Assembly (NCBI GenBank): GCA_045837725.1
Contig: JBEWZL010000061.1
Span: 124,001-159,911 of the forward strand
Source of the DNA: Vermamoeba vermiformis
Lineage: Eukaryota
DNA: 35,911 nt
Reading direction: 5' to 3'
Below are positions 34,156-35,911 of this stretch, one piece after another. How positions within the stretch are numbered: the stretch's first letter is position 1; every line of letters starts with the position of its first letter. Under the pieces are notes generated by a model. It was not told the DNA's origin, did not search any database, and saw nothing but the letters and a program-made list of their open reading frames with translations. A program made the translations under genes and the position numbers.

Positions 34156-35911
34156 TAAGATTTTTTATAAATACTTCCACCTTCATCTATCGTAAATTCA
34201 ATGTTTAAATTTTCAATTAAAAATTAATTATATCCGGATCGAGCCAAGTGCTCGGACTTTATCCGGATTTTTTGTTATTAATAACGGTTAATTAATATCA
34301 AGTACAACGTTTAGATTATGGTTACGAACTTTTAGCGCGATCGAAAGTTCCACTTACTTTCGATGCGCGAGATCTCGACCACCAATGGTCGTAAAATATT
34401 ATTCAATGCTGTTTCGTTCGTCTCCTGCATTGATTAGTATCCTTACTGCTCGCTCACGGGCTCGCCAACTCGATGGCGCGATCGGATGCGTGGGACGCGT
34501 CCAAATAATACGTAAGTAATTTTTTTAATATATTAGATATTAGTAAGACGCAATGAATGCGTCGATTTCATTTTTAAAATTATGCTTTAAGTTATTAAAT
34601 TTTCAAATTACGGATCGAGCTTAGTGCTCGATTTAATTTCACATTTACGTTATAAATATTATAGTACTAACATATTAACGTTTATTATGACAGGGATTGG
34701 GCGATTGAATGATCACGAAACGAATCTGATCGCTCGCTGCTTCGATCCGCGAAATACACCTTGAAAACCACTGGTAAGTACTATGGTATAATTTAATAAA
34801 TGATTTAAAATCATTCTAACAGTTCGCAGTCAGGAAAAAAAGGAGAAGAAGAGAGATCTAGATCGCGCACTTCGCGCGATAATTGCTATGGCTTGTCTCG
34901 TCAGTTTCCCGCGGTAAGTGTTGAAATGCGTAGAAGATATCGATTACTAACACAATATAGGTTGGTAATTGATAACAGTGCGTTTAATTAGCGGATGAAC
35001 CGCTTCGATCCAGCGGACTCTAAATCCCGTAAAATACCCTTGATTGGCTCAACGGCTATTATAGGTAAGTAAAACGCGTTCTATCTATTACTATAATCGA
35101 CAAGAAACTCATGGTTTGATTTTAGGAGTTTATTTATACAGTTCTTAGATCAGCGCGATCCGATCCCGCGTACCAATGCAATCTACCTCGGCCCCAAGAC
35201 CGCAGAACAATTCGTAAGTTTAAATAGAGCTAGAAGGTACTTAATACTAACAAATTAATTTATTATAAGGCTGTAATCGCTCACGGTGAGGATCGGAGCG
35301 ATGGTTAAGTGTGCGATCCGGGAGAGTCATTTTGGCGAGTTAGTGCGTAGAAATTTTAACAGTAGCATTCAGCTATGGTAAGCAATATAATTGATAGTCA
35401 ATAGCGCGTACTAATACATAATTATTTAGGTTCTCGTTAAATGATGCGATCTAAATCCATCGGAGGAAAATTACTCAGCGGCACCGAGTAGAGCAAAAAG
35501 TAATTAATTGTAACAATATTAATAATTTCTAATACATACAGCAGCGTAAATTCGACACGGGATTAAAAGTTCCGTTTAAAAGAGATCGCGCCTAATTTCA
35601 TAGGCAACCCAACACCAAGTAAGTCAACGCATCGGTAGCAAGCACGTTATACTAACATATTTTATTACTTAGGCTTTAATCGCTTACAACAATGACGAAA
35701 CAATTCAACGAGATCGGATCGCAGAAATTTACTGCTTGGTCGATTAAGTAAGCAATGTTATGATTAATATTTTTATTTATTAATATATAACATAATTAAA
35801 GTGTTGATATTTGAATTGAAATTATTGTTAAAGTTTTAAAAATTTAAAATCACGGATCGAGCTTCGTGCTCGTATAAAATTTAAATTATTGTTTATTTTA
35901 TCATTCATACA

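Larger units (their letters stand above)
32268..35911 (+). ncRNA. Putative multi-exon spliced unit(s) with stop-interrupted, hairpin-rich exons (structured lncRNA or decayed gene); runs off the window
   Basis: About 14 canonical GTAA(G/T/A)..AG introns, many with TACTAAC/TACTAAT/TTCTAAC branch points, separate ~70-110-nt GC-richer exons. No frame stays open across them. Confidence 0.5.

Noticed and set aside
34830-35750. Alternative genetic code (TAA/TAG = Gln) explaining the stop-ridden exons
   Set aside because: Genes in this window end in TAA or TAG and have no internal stops. TGA stops and frame inconsistencies also remain after recoding.

Overview
Intron-rich eukaryotic DNA with short GT-AG introns, CTAAC-type branch points and the standard code. 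Gene content is most compatible with a free-living protist such as an amoebozoan (inference). There are three zones. (1) 1-21.4 kb is gene-dense: a class II O-methyltransferase, an MFS transporter with an 845-bp TIR element in intron 2, a BRSK/SNF1-family kinase, a Ctr copper transporter, SRP receptor beta, one ~1,490-aa six-domain histidine biosynthesis fusion (HisA-HisI-HisE-HisD-HisC-HAD phosphatase), a PA-like/multi-TM protein and a secreted S9-like alpha/beta hydrolase. (2) 21.1-31 kb is largely CpG-depleted and repeat-rich: pseudogenes, two ~0.8-1.1 kb direct repeats starting at TTAA|AGGG with palindromic CGTCAGAC-N-GTCTGACG arrays, three small cargo genes (one F-box/ankyrin-like), (TGCACC)n tracts and a Tc1-like MITE. 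(3) 30.9-35.9 kb is CpG/GATC-rich with no convincing long ORF but many intact splice signals on two divergent units. It holds a hairpin array inside an intron and a repeated 13-nt/38-nt hairpin module whose stems cover putative splice donors. Zone 3 is the least explained part of the window. All gene models were spliced by eye, and no database search was possible.
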